A stretch of 63,988 nt of DNA, filler included, from Barthelona sp. PAP020 (lineage: Eukaryota), in NCBI GenBank assembly GCA_040182905.1. It is 6 parts of 6 records of this genome, joined end to end, with 100 filler letters (N's around TTAATTAATTAA, not from the genome) between each part and the next. Parts side by side here need not be neighbours in the genome. Positions count along the whole stretch, not along the records: positions 11,157 to 22,192 come from JARQWU010000386.1; positions 22,293 to 33,327 come from JARQWU010000387.1; 4 more parts are not named here. One strand, 5' to 3'. Shown here piece by piece: positions 11,242-22,294 of the stretch. The translations under genes and the position numbers were made by a program. A model generated the notes under the pieces. It ran no database searches and was not told where the DNA came from. It saw only the letters and a program-made list of their open reading frames with translations. The number at the start of each line of letters is the position of its first letter. Positions within the stretch are counted from its first letter, which is position 1.

Positions 11242-14094
11242 TTATTTATGAAATTGAGCAAAAATGGTTTGCCCACTGTTTTGGTTGCTTCCTTGATGAA
11301 TACAAGAAAAACAAATATGACTCTTATTCAAACAATCAATATGACAAAAATTATCACATCTATCACAGAACATCACATGATTATTAAGAAAATCTTTTAA
11401 AACGATATTATCATGATATACGCATTTATCTACACATTTCAACTTTAAATTTTGAAAATTTTGAATTAAATGATATTTAATCAATTTGTTTAAAAATAAC
11501 CAAGGATTTTTAAATGTTTTTAAAGGGTTTTTTGAAACAAAATTTGAATTTTTGGAAAAATATATTGAAATTACATTCAGGCTAATTTTCAAAGATTTGC
11601 TGATAAACCCAAAAACATCTATTGGATCAAAATACTTTTCACTATAATATAAAACTCTTTGTATAAATATCCAATCATTTAGATGGACCAACAATAAAAA
11701 TAGAACTTTAAATTCAAAAATTAATGAAAATTCATCATTCTTAATGAAATAGAATTCTTTCAATTTTTGCAAATTAATTGGAATTTTCCAAATATTTTCC
11801 AAAAATTCTTTGCACAAATAACATAAATTTTGATTCAAATGATTAAGAGGAAAAGGAAAATTAACATCATCAGAAATGCAATCAAGACAATAAAAATATT
11901 TACAATTTTCACAAATTTCCTTTTTAATATTGATAGTTTTATGACATCTATGACAAGTATTTGCAAAAGTTTCTATTGGTTCTTGTTCAATTTCTTCATC
12001 TTTTTCTTTTTTATTATTGTCTTTATCCTCAAAAAAATAAGTATTTACATTGATATAACTAGAATTTGGACTATTTATAACGTTGGATGAACAATAACAA
12101 GGTTTTTCCAACATTATTAATTTGGTTTCAAAAAATGCATCCAATCTGACAAACAATTTATCGATTGTATTGATAAAAATTTCTCCATTGTGAAATTGTA
12201 CGTATCTTTTCAATTGATTTCTATGAATATTCAACTTTTTTAAAAAATAACTTGGTTGAAAATTAGTGACCTCTTTATCACAATAATCAATAGGATAATC
12301 TGGTAATAAAGGAAAAAATAAAGAAAATTCATCATTATTCAAAGGAAAATCCAATTCAACAATATTTTTAAGCAATAAATTGTTTAACATCAAATTCTTT
12401 GCTAAATGTTCATTTTCAATATGATCAAGATTCAAAAATCTAAATTTATTCGAATTTTTGTTTAAATTCTCATCATTATCCGACTGTAATTCAGTTTTTA
12501 ATTTAATTTCACGATTAAATAACAATTTTTTAGTGCTACAATATTGATCTATCGATAAATTTGCATTTTTCTTTTCATCATACGTGAAAAGTTTTAGCTT
12601 CGTTTTGAATCTCAATAAAAGTAGTAATAAAAAGACTCCAGGTATATTATTCATCTTCACTAGAGGACAATCACGATCATTTAACAAAGCTTCCAAAATT
12701 TCACAAGGTTGCAAAACTTTTAAAATTTTATCAGATAAATTATTGTTTGGACGATGAAAAAAAACTATAAATAAACTAGCTAATAACCTCAATTTGAAAT
12801 CACTCTTACAATTTGGATCATTTGTACAATTTCCATACTTGTCAATCTTTCCCAAAGACAGTTTTATTAATAATACCAAAACCATTTCTAAATCATGACT
12901 AATTTCAAAATTCTCAATAATCGGGGTGTTTACAGGTAAAACACTGAATAATAAAATGTATATTAGTGTTTCCTTTTTTGCAGAAGAGTTAATTTCACAA
13001 AAAAATCTTTTCAATAATTCAACAATGACTTTTAAAGGAATTACAGATATCAACACGTTGATATCTTGATCTGCATTTATTTGGCAATTTTTCGCACATA
13101 ATTTCAATTCAGTTGCCCAAAAAATAGTAAAATTCTCAAAATTTTCACTTAAAATCGATTCACAATGAATTATTTCTCCCAAAACATATCTACTCATGGT
13201 AGCAACACTAATATTCAATAATGAAACCGGTAATTTTAATAAATAATATTGTAAAATGCAAAATAACTCCTCTCCTTTCAAACTATTCCCGTAATAATCC
13301 AAATCTTCAAAAGTTTCAATATTTCTCAAAATTTCTTTGACTTTAGTTAAAGATATGGTGCAAATTTGTTCTATATTTGGACAAGTATTCCCTGATGAAG
13401 AAATAGTCGTAAAAAGTGAAATGGAATCAAATTTTGCCAAAATTAAATTACATATCTTGTTTAAGCATTTTGGACACTGTTCAAAAAAAAATTTAGGTGA
13501 TGATGAGGATCCAGATATCTGAGAAATAGCCCGTCTAAGCTCAATTTCTTGATCCATTTGACTTTCATTCTCATCAAGTAAAATCTCATTAGAAGAGGTA
13601 TTTTCTTTGATATCAGATGAAAATGAAGTGACTAAATTATTTAATGCAGCATAAGCTTGTCTAATTGCTCCTTGAAAATCGTTATTCTTACTTGTACCAA
13701 AAGATGATATGGGTAAACTACTTTCACTTTGATGTGGAGAAAATAGTGATCCACTACCGCCACTAAATCCTTGAAATATATAATTATCTTCTGTTAAATT
13801 ATGATGAGTCTCAAATATTCCGCCATTTGGGGGTAATTCAATCCTACCAAAATTAAAAATTGATGGTGAATCATCGGTTAATTCCTCAAATTGTATTGAT
13901 GGAGATAAATCAGTATGAACAAATTCAGATTCAGTAAAATCAGACATTTCTATCTCTCCAAATCTATTCGAAATCGATGTTTCTTCATCTGTTAATCTTA
14001 CATAATCGAGTTGAGAAAATGGAGACGTCACTTTAAACAAAAAAATAAATCTTTCTTCAAAATGAAAGTGATACAAATTTTTTTTTTTTTTCAT
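11242..14094 (-). CDS. Large protein with C-terminal Rubicon-homology (RH/zf-RING_9; DEF8/PLEKHM-like) zinc-binding domain
   Basis: CHRC..CENCKYFYCLDC..FP and terminal CDRCDNFCHIDC..CFSC follow RH-domain Cys/His spacing; true start may be Met at 13947. Confidence 0.6.
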   Translation of the reverse strand: MKKKKNLYHFHFEERFIFLFKVTSPFSQLDYVRLTDEETSISNRFGEIEMSDFTESEFVHTDLSPSIQFEELTDDSPSIFNFGRIELPPNGGIFETHHNLTEDNYIFQGFSGGSGSLFSPHQSESSLPISSFGTSKNNDFQGAIRQAYAALNNLVTSFSSDIKENTSSNEILLDENESQMDQEIELRRAISQISGSSSSPKFFFEQCPKCLNKICNLILAKFDSISLFTTISSSGNTCPNIEQICTISLTKVKEILRNIETFEDLDYYGNSLKGEELFCILQYYLLKLPVSLLNISVATMSRYVLGEIIHCESILSENFENFTIFWATELKLCAKNCQINADQDINVLISVIPLKVIVELLKRFFCEINSSAKKETLIYILLFSVLPVNTPIIENFEISHDLEMVLVLLIKLSLGKIDKYGNCTNDPNCKSDFKLRLLASLFIVFFHRPNNNLSDKILKVLQPCEILEALLNDRDCPLVKMNNIPGVFLLLLLLRFKTKLKLFTYDEKKNANLSIDQYCSTKKLLFNREIKLKTELQSDNDENLNKNSNKFRFLNLDHIENEHLAKNLMLNNLLLKNIVELDFPLNNDEFSLFFPLLPDYPIDYCDKEVTNFQPSYFLKKLNIHRNQLKRYVQFHNGEIFINTIDKLFVRLDAFFETKLIMLEKPCYCSSNVINSPNSSYINVNTYFFEDKDNNKKEKDEEIEQEPIETFANTCHRCHKTINIKKEICENCKYFYCLDCISDDVNFPFPLNHLNQNLCYLCKEFLENIWKIPINLQKLKEFYFIKNDEFSLIFEFKVLFLLLVHLNDWIFIQRVLYYSEKYFDPIDVFGFISKSLKISLNVISIYFSKNSNFVSKNPLKTFKNPWLFLNKLIKYHLIQNFQNLKLKCVDKCVYHDNIVLKDFLNNHVMFCDRCDNFCHIDCLNKSHICFSCIHQGSNQNSGQTIFAQFHK

Positions 14095-14337
14095 TTTACG
14101 TTAATAATATTGTTACTGAATAAAATAAAAAATGTGTGTTATTAAAAAAATAAAATATTCATGGAAATACAAAAGTCAACAGAATAGTCCATCCATTTCC
14201 CAAAAATCACAATTATGTTTCAAAAGAGGATTTTTGAACTGATATGTTAAAAAAGATACGATATTATGATGATTTGAAATGAGAAAGAGTGGAGATGAAC
14301 AGAGATGAATAAGAAATTTTCTATTGAAGTCGAAAGA

Positions 14338-15327
14338 ATGGAAACGTATATTGGTATTGAAGGTGGAGGAACTGCAACTAAAGCATCTATTTTTAATCGA
14401 GAAGGGAGGTTGCTGGCTTCATGCGAAATTGAACAAAGTTCGAATCCATATTTGATGGGGATTGAAAAAACTGCTGTTGTTTTAAGCAATTTATGCAAAG
14501 ACTTAAAATTGCGGGGAGATTATGATATAAAAGGCATTGGAATGTCATTGTCTGGTGTTGAGTCATTTGTGAATGTTGATTTGTTAAAGCAACGATTCCA
14601 AGAATTGTTTGAGGGAGATTATATTATTGTCTTTAACAACGATGCTGTTGGAGCTGGATACACCGCAGCACATGAAAAAACGGTTTATGTTTTAATTTCT
14701 GGTACTGGCTCATGTGGCAGAATGATAGATGTTTCAAAGCCAGGAAGTCATTGTTCTCTCGGAAAAGTTGGAGGTTGGGGACATATGGTTTATGAAAAAG
14801 GATGTGGTTGGTCTGTTGCACACACTGCCATCACAGATATTTTCCGTAAGTCTGATGGGTTCAGCGAAAATGGAAGAGTTATTCCTGATGAAATTGAAGA
14901 AGTCATTTTCAATCATTTTGACCTATCTTTCAGTTCACTTGTGAAAATATTTTATGGTGAATTTAATAAAGCTAGTATTGCATCTTTGACGAAAAAATTA
15001 TCCGAAAAGGCTCTTCAAGGAGACGAATATTGTCAAAAATTATTCAATGAAATGGGAGAACAACTTGCAGAATTGGTTGTTCAAATGCAAAAAAAAGTTT
15101 TTGCAACAGAAATTGTTGCTGTTGGAAGTCTTTGGAAAACATGGAATTTATTCAGCGAAGCATTTTTAAATTATTTGGAAAACAACAACGTCGATATCCA
15201 TTTAATCACATTGTTGGATGACATCGCAACTTATGGAGCCGCTAAATCAGTCGCTTTGGAAAGAGATATTCTTCTTGACATCCACAAACAAAATAACATA
15301 AAAACAAGAACCATTTATGAAAAGTAG
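14338..15327 (+). CDS. NAGK: N-acetylglucosamine kinase (BadF/BcrA-type sugar kinase)
   Basis: YIGIEGGGTATK, GMSLSG, NDAVGA, VLISGTGS, VGGWGHM, AVGSLWKTW; ORF is open from 14305. Confidence 0.9.
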   Translation: METYIGIEGGGTATKASIFNREGRLLASCEIEQSSNPYLMGIEKTAVVLSNLCKDLKLRGDYDIKGIGMSLSGVESFVNVDLLKQRFQELFEGDYIIVFNNDAVGAGYTAAHEKTVYVLISGTGSCGRMIDVSKPGSHCSLGKVGGWGHMVYEKGCGWSVAHTAITDIFRKSDGFSENGRVIPDEIEEVIFNHFDLSFSSLVKIFYGEFNKASIASLTKKLSEKALQGDEYCQKLFNEMGEQLAELVVQMQKKVFATEIVAVGSLWKTWNLFSEAFLNYLENNNVDIHLITLLDDIATYGAAKSVALERDILLDIHKQNNIKTRTIYEK

Positions 15328-15597
15328 TTGTTTATTACACATTTTACATGTCTACACGATAAAGTCAAGAAAACCAACATTTTTTGACCTTCTAAAATTG
15401 ATAAATTAAATGACATATTTTATTTTTCCATGAGTCATTCAATTAAACAAAAAAAAAAAACAGCCAAAAACAACGTTTTTTACATAAAAAAAGAAAACTC
15501 TTGTTCAAAAAACAAAATAAATTTGAACTGACTCAACACACAAATAGACCGGCTTCAAACTTCAAAATATTCGAAAAAAATTATTAAAATTAATAAT

Positions 15598-16959
15598 TCA
15601 AAACAAAAAATTATCCAAATCAACAACAAATTCTTTCAACTCTTTTGGCGTTAATTCTCTCAATGTTGACAAAGTTTTGTCGATGCTTTCTTGCAAACTT
15701 TTGCAATTATCAGCACTTATTTCATATAATCTCAATAAATATTGTTGGGCACCAACAAAATTTATGATTTCAGTCCCATTGTATCCCCATTTCTCCAATA
15801 GAGCAACAAAATACATACCAATAATCTTGATCCATTCATCATAAAGAACTTCATTACTAATTGGATTTTGATGTTCAATTTGATTCTTTTTCGAATTAAT
15901 TTTTTCAGCAGATTGGGATTTTTTTGCAGTGGAATTTTTTTTTGTAGTTTTTTTTGTTTCAGCTGACTTTTCAATAGTATTTGATTTTTCATTTTCATTG
16001 TTTTTGCTTTTAGCATTTAAAAAAACTTCTGCTTCACTTTCACTTTCAGATTCATTTTCTAATTCACTTTCTGACTCATCATCACTTTCAACAGATTGAT
16101 TAGACCTCAATCTACTTTTCTTTCCTGACAAAGGAATAAATTCCCTCAACTCAGAAACAATAGCATTGGGTTTTCCTTTCTTTGATTTTTTTGATTCTTG
16201 ATTTTTTGTCAAATCAATTTCTGTAAGCTCTTTAGAAATGTTTGCTGATGAAGAAACTTCTTTTTCAATCAATTTGTCAACATTTTTTACTTCTTTTGCA
16301 TTTGGGTTTTTAATATTAACATATTTTGGAATCATAGATGTGCTTGATGCATTACCAGTCGAAAATCCACCAGCTGTAATAGAACCAAATTGATAAAAAG
16401 CACCATATACGTTTAAAATACCAGACTCACAAACATTGATAACAGGCTGACATGTCTCATCAGACAGGGAAAAATTAGAATCGTGCTTGATCTTATCCAA
16501 CATTTGCATAACGTTGGAAATTTTACTCTCTAACTTATCAATTTCATTTTCCTCAACAATGGGTGGTTTTTTTGCATTTGTAGAAGAAAAATTGTTAGAA
16601 GATCTGCTCTTTTTCTTTTCAACAAAATCATCATCTGAACTGCTATAATCATCCTCTTCTTCAGATTGTTCGTCATTAGATTCAAAATCTTCATCTTTAT
16701 TAATATAATGAAAATAAATAGCGGCGTCATCCAAATTGCGAAAAGCAGATAGAGCACTTAAGCTATGATTTACTTTTAAAAATGCATCTAATTTTTCTCC
16801 AGTTTTTGAATTTTGAATGTAAACATTGAAAGAATCAGTCTTTAATCCTAATTTCTGTCCCAAAGTTCGAATAATAGTACTTACTCGAGTACCTACTGTA
16901 AACCATTGATTAACATCTTCATCTCCACAAGTACCATAAATTTTCCATTTTTCAGTCAT
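15598..16959 (-). CDS. Hypothetical protein; possible N-terminal ubiquitin-like (FERM-N/RA) fold and acidic low-complexity middle
   Basis: 453-aa ORF; fold guess from TRVSTIIRTLGQKLGLKTDSFNVYIQ only. Confidence 0.65.
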   Translation of the reverse strand: MTEKWKIYGTCGDEDVNQWFTVGTRVSTIIRTLGQKLGLKTDSFNVYIQNSKTGEKLDAFLKVNHSLSALSAFRNLDDAAIYFHYINKDEDFESNDEQSEEEDDYSSSDDDFVEKKKSRSSNNFSSTNAKKPPIVEENEIDKLESKISNVMQMLDKIKHDSNFSLSDETCQPVINVCESGILNVYGAFYQFGSITAGGFSTGNASSTSMIPKYVNIKNPNAKEVKNVDKLIEKEVSSSANISKELTEIDLTKNQESKKSKKGKPNAIVSELREFIPLSGKKSRLRSNQSVESDDESESELENESESESEAEVFLNAKSKNNENEKSNTIEKSAETKKTTKKNSTAKKSQSAEKINSKKNQIEHQNPISNEVLYDEWIKIIGMYFVALLEKWGYNGTEIINFVGAQQYLLRLYEISADNCKSLQESIDKTLSTLRELTPKELKEFVVDLDNFLF

Positions 16960-17416
16960 TAGAAACGCAAATTGAAATAAAAATAAAAATAAAAACTAAT
17001 TTTTCATTTATATTTTTTCTTTTATAGAATGTACAAATTCTCAAAGAATTGAAAATTCTTCATTTAAACCGAATAAATTTCATTTTAACGCCTTTTCAAA
17101 TATTTCAACTTTTTGTGGGGATATCTTCATTTACAGCAGAGATTTATCATTTTTAATAGAATTTCATACATTTATGCTAACTTTCAATCAAAAGAAGAAG
17201 AAAAGAAGTTTGAAACTGCTTTTCCCCTGTAAATTTCATGTAATTACTAAAACTAAACCACCTACAGAGGATAATATCGTAAAAATATGGATATGTGTGC
17301 GTTTGCGGGAAAATTGGAAAAAATATTTTCCTGGTCAGGAAAATTTTTCCTGCCAAGTTTTTGCAAGTATGAAATTTTTTTTCGATGAAAAACAATCTTT
17401 TATTGATTAACATACC

Positions 17417-17815
17417 ATGAGTGCTGCCGAAGTCCGTTCTCGTTCACAAAGAGCCAAACTTATTTTCAACGTTGGTCGTGTCCATCGTCACCTTCGTGAA
17501 GGTCACTTTGCTGACCGTATTGGTTCCAAAGCTCCTATTTATCTTACAGCCGTTCTTGAATACTTAGTTTATGAAGTCTTTGACTGCGCTAAGTACTATG
17601 TTGAACGTGATTCTCGTAGAAGAGTTACTTCTCGTCATCTTTTATTCGCTATTCGTAAGGATGGTGAATTGAACAAATTGTTACCCAATGTCATCATTTC
17701 TGAATCTGGTGTTGTTCCTTTCATTCATCCTAAATTACTTCCTGAAGGTACTAAGGCCAGAAGAGAAGCTGAACTTGCTTTGGAATCTGACGATCAAGCT
17801 ACTCAAGAATTGTAA
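17417..17815 (+). CDS. H2A: Histone H2A with H2A.X-like C-terminal TQEL
   Basis: SRSQRAKLIFNVGRVHRHLR, APIYLTAVLEYL, LNKLLPNVIISESGVVPFIHPKLLP; strongly biased codon use. Confidence 0.97.
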   Translation: MSAAEVRSRSQRAKLIFNVGRVHRHLREGHFADRIGSKAPIYLTAVLEYLVYEVFDCAKYYVERDSRRRVTSRHLLFAIRKDGELNKLLPNVIISESGVVPFIHPKLLPEGTKARREAELALESDDQATQEL

Positions 17816-18404
17816 GATCTTAACACACATTAGAGGATTTTCTATCCAAATATTTTATATAAACCTTCTGCCTTTTTATTTTCATTTTTTAAAGAATGTA
17901 TTAATTGCGTAATTACACAAGGAAGCAAAAGCATAACTCTAAAAGAAAAATTAAATGCAAATGAAATTTATTCAAGAAGAAAAGAGTAATCTGAGAACCA
18001 GTTCGTTGATGTCAAATAATATTTTCAACATCTAATTACGCTTCTATATTCCAATTATCTAAATTCCAAAGGTTTTAAACATGGTTTCAGCTCTCAAATC
18101 CTGCTTTGCTAAAAAAAATTGTCCAATCATTGAAGTATGTTTTCTTTTCTTTTCTTTTTAACGGTTATCAATGACAAATCAGATTTAAAGCAAGAATTGA
18201 CAAACACAAGCATGCCACTTTCTCATTATAAAAAATCTATAAAAACTTTTGTGAGTATTTTTGGTTTTGAGGAGAATAAAAATAGAAAATGGACTAAATT
18301 TACAGAAATTGGCATTGTTACATGAACAAAGTTGGAGAAAGAATAAATAGGAAACAACAAATTAAAAATCCCCTCATCATCACAATCATTGTCAATTCTA
18401 ACAC

Positions 18405-18875
18405 TTACTGAATTCTCCTAAAAATAACACCCATATTATTATCATCTCCAATAGATTTAAAAGTTATATAACCAGCTTTAGCCATGTTGTTCAATAAGAT
18501 CTCAATATCTTGTGGAGTTTTATCTTTGATGCTTAAATAATGAAACTCTCCTTTGGGTTCTGGTATCTTTATTTTTTTTTCTTTGGAAGATATAATTTCA
18601 TTCATTCTATTTCTGACCAAAGCGACGAGTCGATTCAAACGATAAAATATTCCTTCAATCATAATTTCATCCAAATCAATCAACGGTAAATTCTCAATTT
18701 GAGGAATAGATCCTGTTCGAAGAAAAGTAAGAATTAGTGGAAAATGATGATGGTCTCTGTCAACAAATATTTCTTCTTCATAATCTAAATCAGAAAAGAA
18801 TGAATTTGAATTCGACTTAAGTGTTTCAATTTTGGTAGTAAATATCAGCCCACCAACATTTATTTCAGTGGTCAT
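18405..18875 (-). CDS. BTB/POZ (KCTD/T1-type) domain protein
   Basis: EINVGGLIFTTKIETL, IFVDRD..FPLILTFLRTG, EGIFYRL. Confidence 0.85.
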   Translation of the reverse strand: MTTEINVGGLIFTTKIETLKSNSNSFFSDLDYEEEIFVDRDHHHFPLILTFLRTGSIPQIENLPLIDLDEIMIEGIFYRLNRLVALVRNRMNEIISSKEKKIKIPEPKGEFHYLSIKDKTPQDIEILLNNMAKAGYITFKSIGDDNNMGVIFRRIQ

Positions 18876-19002
18876 ATGAAAAAAGTTGAAATTGAACTTT
18901 TTTTTCCAACAGAAATGAATGTATTTTATACAATAACAACATAATAAAAGAGCTCACACAAACTCTATAAATAAATGATGAATAAAAATTATAATCATTA
19001 CT

Positions 19003-20286
19003 TTATTGAAATTTATCATTTAGAAGAACAGCAACAAAAAAACCATTTGTTTTAGTCTTTTCCGGAGAACATCGAATAACTTGTTCGCCAAATGAGTAAG
19101 AAGGCACACCTCTCAAAGGCCAATTAGGCAGTACTTCTTTAAGATCTAGCAATTTGACAAAGTTAAATTCTTCAAGGATGTGCCTTATAACTTCTTCATT
19201 TTCTTCTACATGGATTGAACAAGTAGAATAAACAATACGTTGCCAATTAGGAAAACTTATTGCATGTTTCAATATTGACTGTTGAAATTCCCCCAATTTA
19301 GTAAAGTCAACATCTACATCGTTAATGTGTCTACTTAATTGATGATCCAATGTTCTCACTATTCCTGTTGAACTGCAAGTGGGATCACAGATAAAATGTG
19401 TAATGTTTGGAAATTTTGAAGGTTCAATGTCAAAAAAAGATTCATTTAAAACTTCTATAAAATCTGCACCAAAATTTTCCAAATTTTTCTTTAATAAATT
19501 CGATCTCCTTCTGTTCAATTCAACAGCAACGATATTAGGTGTCTTTTTGTTATCTTTAGAAACAATAATATTTGCTAAATGACTAGTTTTATTACCAGGT
19601 GCAGCGCAAGCATCTAAACAAAAGCTCTCTGATGGAGGATTCAAAAGAAATGCTGGTAAGCAAGATGCCTTATCTTGAACAATGGCCAAATGATTTTTTA
19701 CCAAATGATTATCATGAAAATCAATTGAATTTTCAAACATCAATAAGTTGGGAATATCTTTATCAATAACATACTGAAAATTTCCTAAATATTTCAAACT
19801 TTCTTCAAAATTAGTCAATAATGTATTAATCCGCAAATAGGTTGGCAATGAAGGATATGGTCTGATGTTTTCCGGTAATAAATTATAAATATTGCTTTTG
19901 CAATTGTCACCATATTTCTCTATCAATTTTTGATTTATACTATTTCGAAATGGTGATATTTTTGCAACATACATCCGAAATTCTTTATTGATATACTTTC
20001 TTTTTATTATTTTAAAAGGCAACTCATTCATTTCTCCAAAAATAATATCAAACAATAAAACTTTGAGATAACATTCATCTTTCAAAGCAATATCCTTTTC
20101 AAAATCAAAATATTCATCCCAAAACTTATAAAATCTCAGTGAGTTTGTTGACAAAGCATAAAGAGCTCCCTTAATATTGTGTGGATGTTTGTTGGAAAAT
20201 GACAAACCTTTTAAAGAACCCTTTTTGAGAATAAAATCTTCAATTATACTGGCAGCATATTGATAAATTGGAATACTTTTGCTCAT
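19003..20286 (-). CDS. NSUN5: 25S/28S rRNA cytosine-C5 methyltransferase NSUN5/Rcm1
   Basis: YLRINTL, VQDKASCLPAFLL, LDACAAPGNKTSHL, CDPTCSSTG, IVYSTCSIHVEENE, TNGFFVA; first ATG at 20286. Confidence 0.92.
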   Translation of the reverse strand: MSKSIPIYQYAASIIEDFILKKGSLKGLSFSNKHPHNIKGALYALSTNSLRFYKFWDEYFDFEKDIALKDECYLKVLLFDIIFGEMNELPFKIIKRKYINKEFRMYVAKISPFRNSINQKLIEKYGDNCKSNIYNLLPENIRPYPSLPTYLRINTLLTNFEESLKYLGNFQYVIDKDIPNLLMFENSIDFHDNHLVKNHLAIVQDKASCLPAFLLNPPSESFCLDACAAPGNKTSHLANIIVSKDNKKTPNIVAVELNRRRSNLLKKNLENFGADFIEVLNESFFDIEPSKFPNITHFICDPTCSSTGIVRTLDHQLSRHINDVDVDFTKLGEFQQSILKHAISFPNWQRIVYSTCSIHVEENEEVIRHILEEFNFVKLLDLKEVLPNWPLRGVPSYSFGEQVIRCSPEKTKTNGFFVAVLLNDKFQ

Positions 20287-20436
20287 AAACTGGTAAAAAT
20301 CATGAATGAACAATTTTTTTTTCTTTATATCCAAATAAACAAAACTACAATATCACCAAACTGTTAAAAAAAAAAATAACTGAATAAAAATTGAATGGTT
20401 TGTGTGTAAGAATTTTTTTTTTTTGAGACTTTTTGA

Positions 20437-21483
20437 ATGCCCCCAAAAAACAGCACTCTTAACAAGCAAAAACAAAAAAAAATAGAGGAGGATATCCGAA
20501 GATTGAAAGGAAAGAAGAACAAAAAAGCGAAAGATGCAATTAGAAATCTTCAATATGAATTGAATGGCGGAAAAAACGAATATGAATTGCGAGCAGAAAA
20601 AAAAGCAAAAAAAGATCAGCAAAAGGAGCAAAAGAAGATGGAAAAGAAGAAAGTTGTCAATAAGGCTGAGCCTGTGGGTGAAAATGCCAAAGGTTATCTT
20701 TGTCCATTTATTGCACAAGGACAAACATGTCCTGATGGAGATAATTGTCCCTACAGACATGAAGAGACAAAAAAACAAAAGGATAAAAACAAAGCTTCCA
20801 TTTATGTTGATCAAAGAGAAATGGATCGCACAAAATCATCTAGTTGGTCTGCTGATTTGATTAAACAAGTTGCCAATTCTCAGTATCGTTCCAAAAATGC
20901 AACCGCACAATCACAAAAGTCTTGTCCACATTTCATGAAATCTGTCGAAAACGGAACTTTTGGTTGGTTTTGGGAGTGCCCCAATGGACAAAAGTGTATG
21001 TTTAAGCATGCTGTTCCTGAAGGTTGGAGACCTCCATTGCAACAAGAAGCGGATGATGATGAGGGAGAATTCGGTTTTTATGACATTATTGAAGCTGAAA
21101 GAGCCAAATTTATCGATGGCATTGGTGTGAATGAAGAAACTTTCAAGGAATGGAAGGAGAAGAGACTCGAATTAATAAGAAAACGTAAAATTAAAGAGGT
21201 GAAAGAGGAGGTCAAGAAATTAAAACGAGGTCAGAAGGCTCGTGTCAGTGGAAGAGTGTTCTTCCTTTTGGACATCGGTGATAAAGAAGATGACAAAAGA
21301 GCCGGTGACAACATTGATTACAAGCACCGTGAAGAAGATGAAGAAGAAAATGATGAAGAAAACAATGATGAAATTGAATCTAATGATGATCTTGAAGCCA
21401 CCAATGATGTCAAGGAAGAAAATTCATCTCTCAACATTGAAATGAACATTGATGAACCCAAATCCATAGTCCAAGAAGCTTAA
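20437..21483 (+). CDS. ZC3H15: CCCH zinc-finger protein ZC3H15/Tma46
   Basis: MPPK start, CPFIAQGQTCPDGDNCPYRH, SIYVDQR, CPHF..FGWFWECPNGQKCMFKHAVPEG, VNEETFKEWK, SGR. Confidence 0.9.
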   Translation: MPPKNSTLNKQKQKKIEEDIRRLKGKKNKKAKDAIRNLQYELNGGKNEYELRAEKKAKKDQQKEQKKMEKKKVVNKAEPVGENAKGYLCPFIAQGQTCPDGDNCPYRHEETKKQKDKNKASIYVDQREMDRTKSSSWSADLIKQVANSQYRSKNATAQSQKSCPHFMKSVENGTFGWFWECPNGQKCMFKHAVPEGWRPPLQQEADDDEGEFGFYDIIEAERAKFIDGIGVNEETFKEWKEKRLELIRKRKIKEVKEEVKKLKRGQKARVSGRVFFLLDIGDKEDDKRAGDNIDYKHREEDEEENDEENNDEIESNDDLEATNDVKEENSSLNIEMNIDEPKSIVQEA

Positions 21484-21833
21484 ATAGGTTGTCTATGTAT
21501 TCAAGTTTCATATAAATTAACACAATCGCTTTATTTTTGCAACAAATATCCAACTTTAAATGTTTTTGATTAATTCTTCTCAAATCAAAATTTTTAATAA
21601 CTTCGTTTATAATTTCATAGTACAAGGCGAAATAAGAATTGAATCAATATAAATTGTATCAAAGTGTTTTTTTTTTAATTCAAAAAAAAAATTTTCAAAA
21701 AACATTTAAGTGTTTATGGGAAACATTGGGTATAATGTGTTAAATGAAAGAAAAATAATAAAATTGACAAATGAAAAAATAAATTGAAATGTTTGAAAAA
21801 AATAATTCTTTTTTATCAATATTTCTTGTTAAA

Positions 21834-22192
21834 ATGGACCCAAAACAAAAATATCCTCAACTTTTTGTCGGTGACTTAGCTCCCTTTATTAGAGATGAAC
21901 ATCTCACTGAATTTTTAAAGAAAAATGAAATTGATACCATCAATATTAAAGTTCCAATGGATTATTATGAAAGGAATAAGACTTTAAGATACGCTTATGT
22001 TACTTTACCAAGTGAAGAAATGCTTAAAAAGATGCTTGAATTGAATTTGGAAGTTCTTGAAGGATTTGAATTGAGAATTGCACCCATTAACAAGAACGCT
22101 GCTGTTAGAAGAGGAACACCCAATACTCTCTATGTCAAAAACATTCCCAAAGATGTTTCTTCCAAACAATTAATTGGTCTCTTTTCTGAATT
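21834..22192 (+). CDS. RRM protein, probably poly(A)-binding protein; 3'-truncated
   Basis: QLFVGDL, YAYVTL, then second RRM TLYVKNIPKD as in PABP RRM1-RRM2. Confidence 0.7.
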
Positions 22193-22292
22193 NNNNNNNN
22201 NNNNNNNNNNNNNNNNNNNNNNNNNNNNNNNNNNNNTTAATTAATTAANNNNNNNNNNNNNNNNNNNNNNNNNNNNNNNNNNNNNNNNNNNN
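22193..22292. other. Artificial contig-joining linker
   Basis: 100 nt N/TTAATTAATTAA/N. Confidence 0.98.
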
Positions 22293-22294
22293 TG

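Noticed and set aside
16370..16455. PVINVCESGILNVYGAFY resembling a beta-carbonic anhydrase C-terminus
   Set aside because: No zinc-ligand motifs, and it sits in low-complexity sequence
17835..17848. GGATTTTCTATCC after H2A as a histone stem-loop
   Set aside because: Only a 4-bp stem, does not fit the 6-bp/4-nt consensus, and no counterpart after H4
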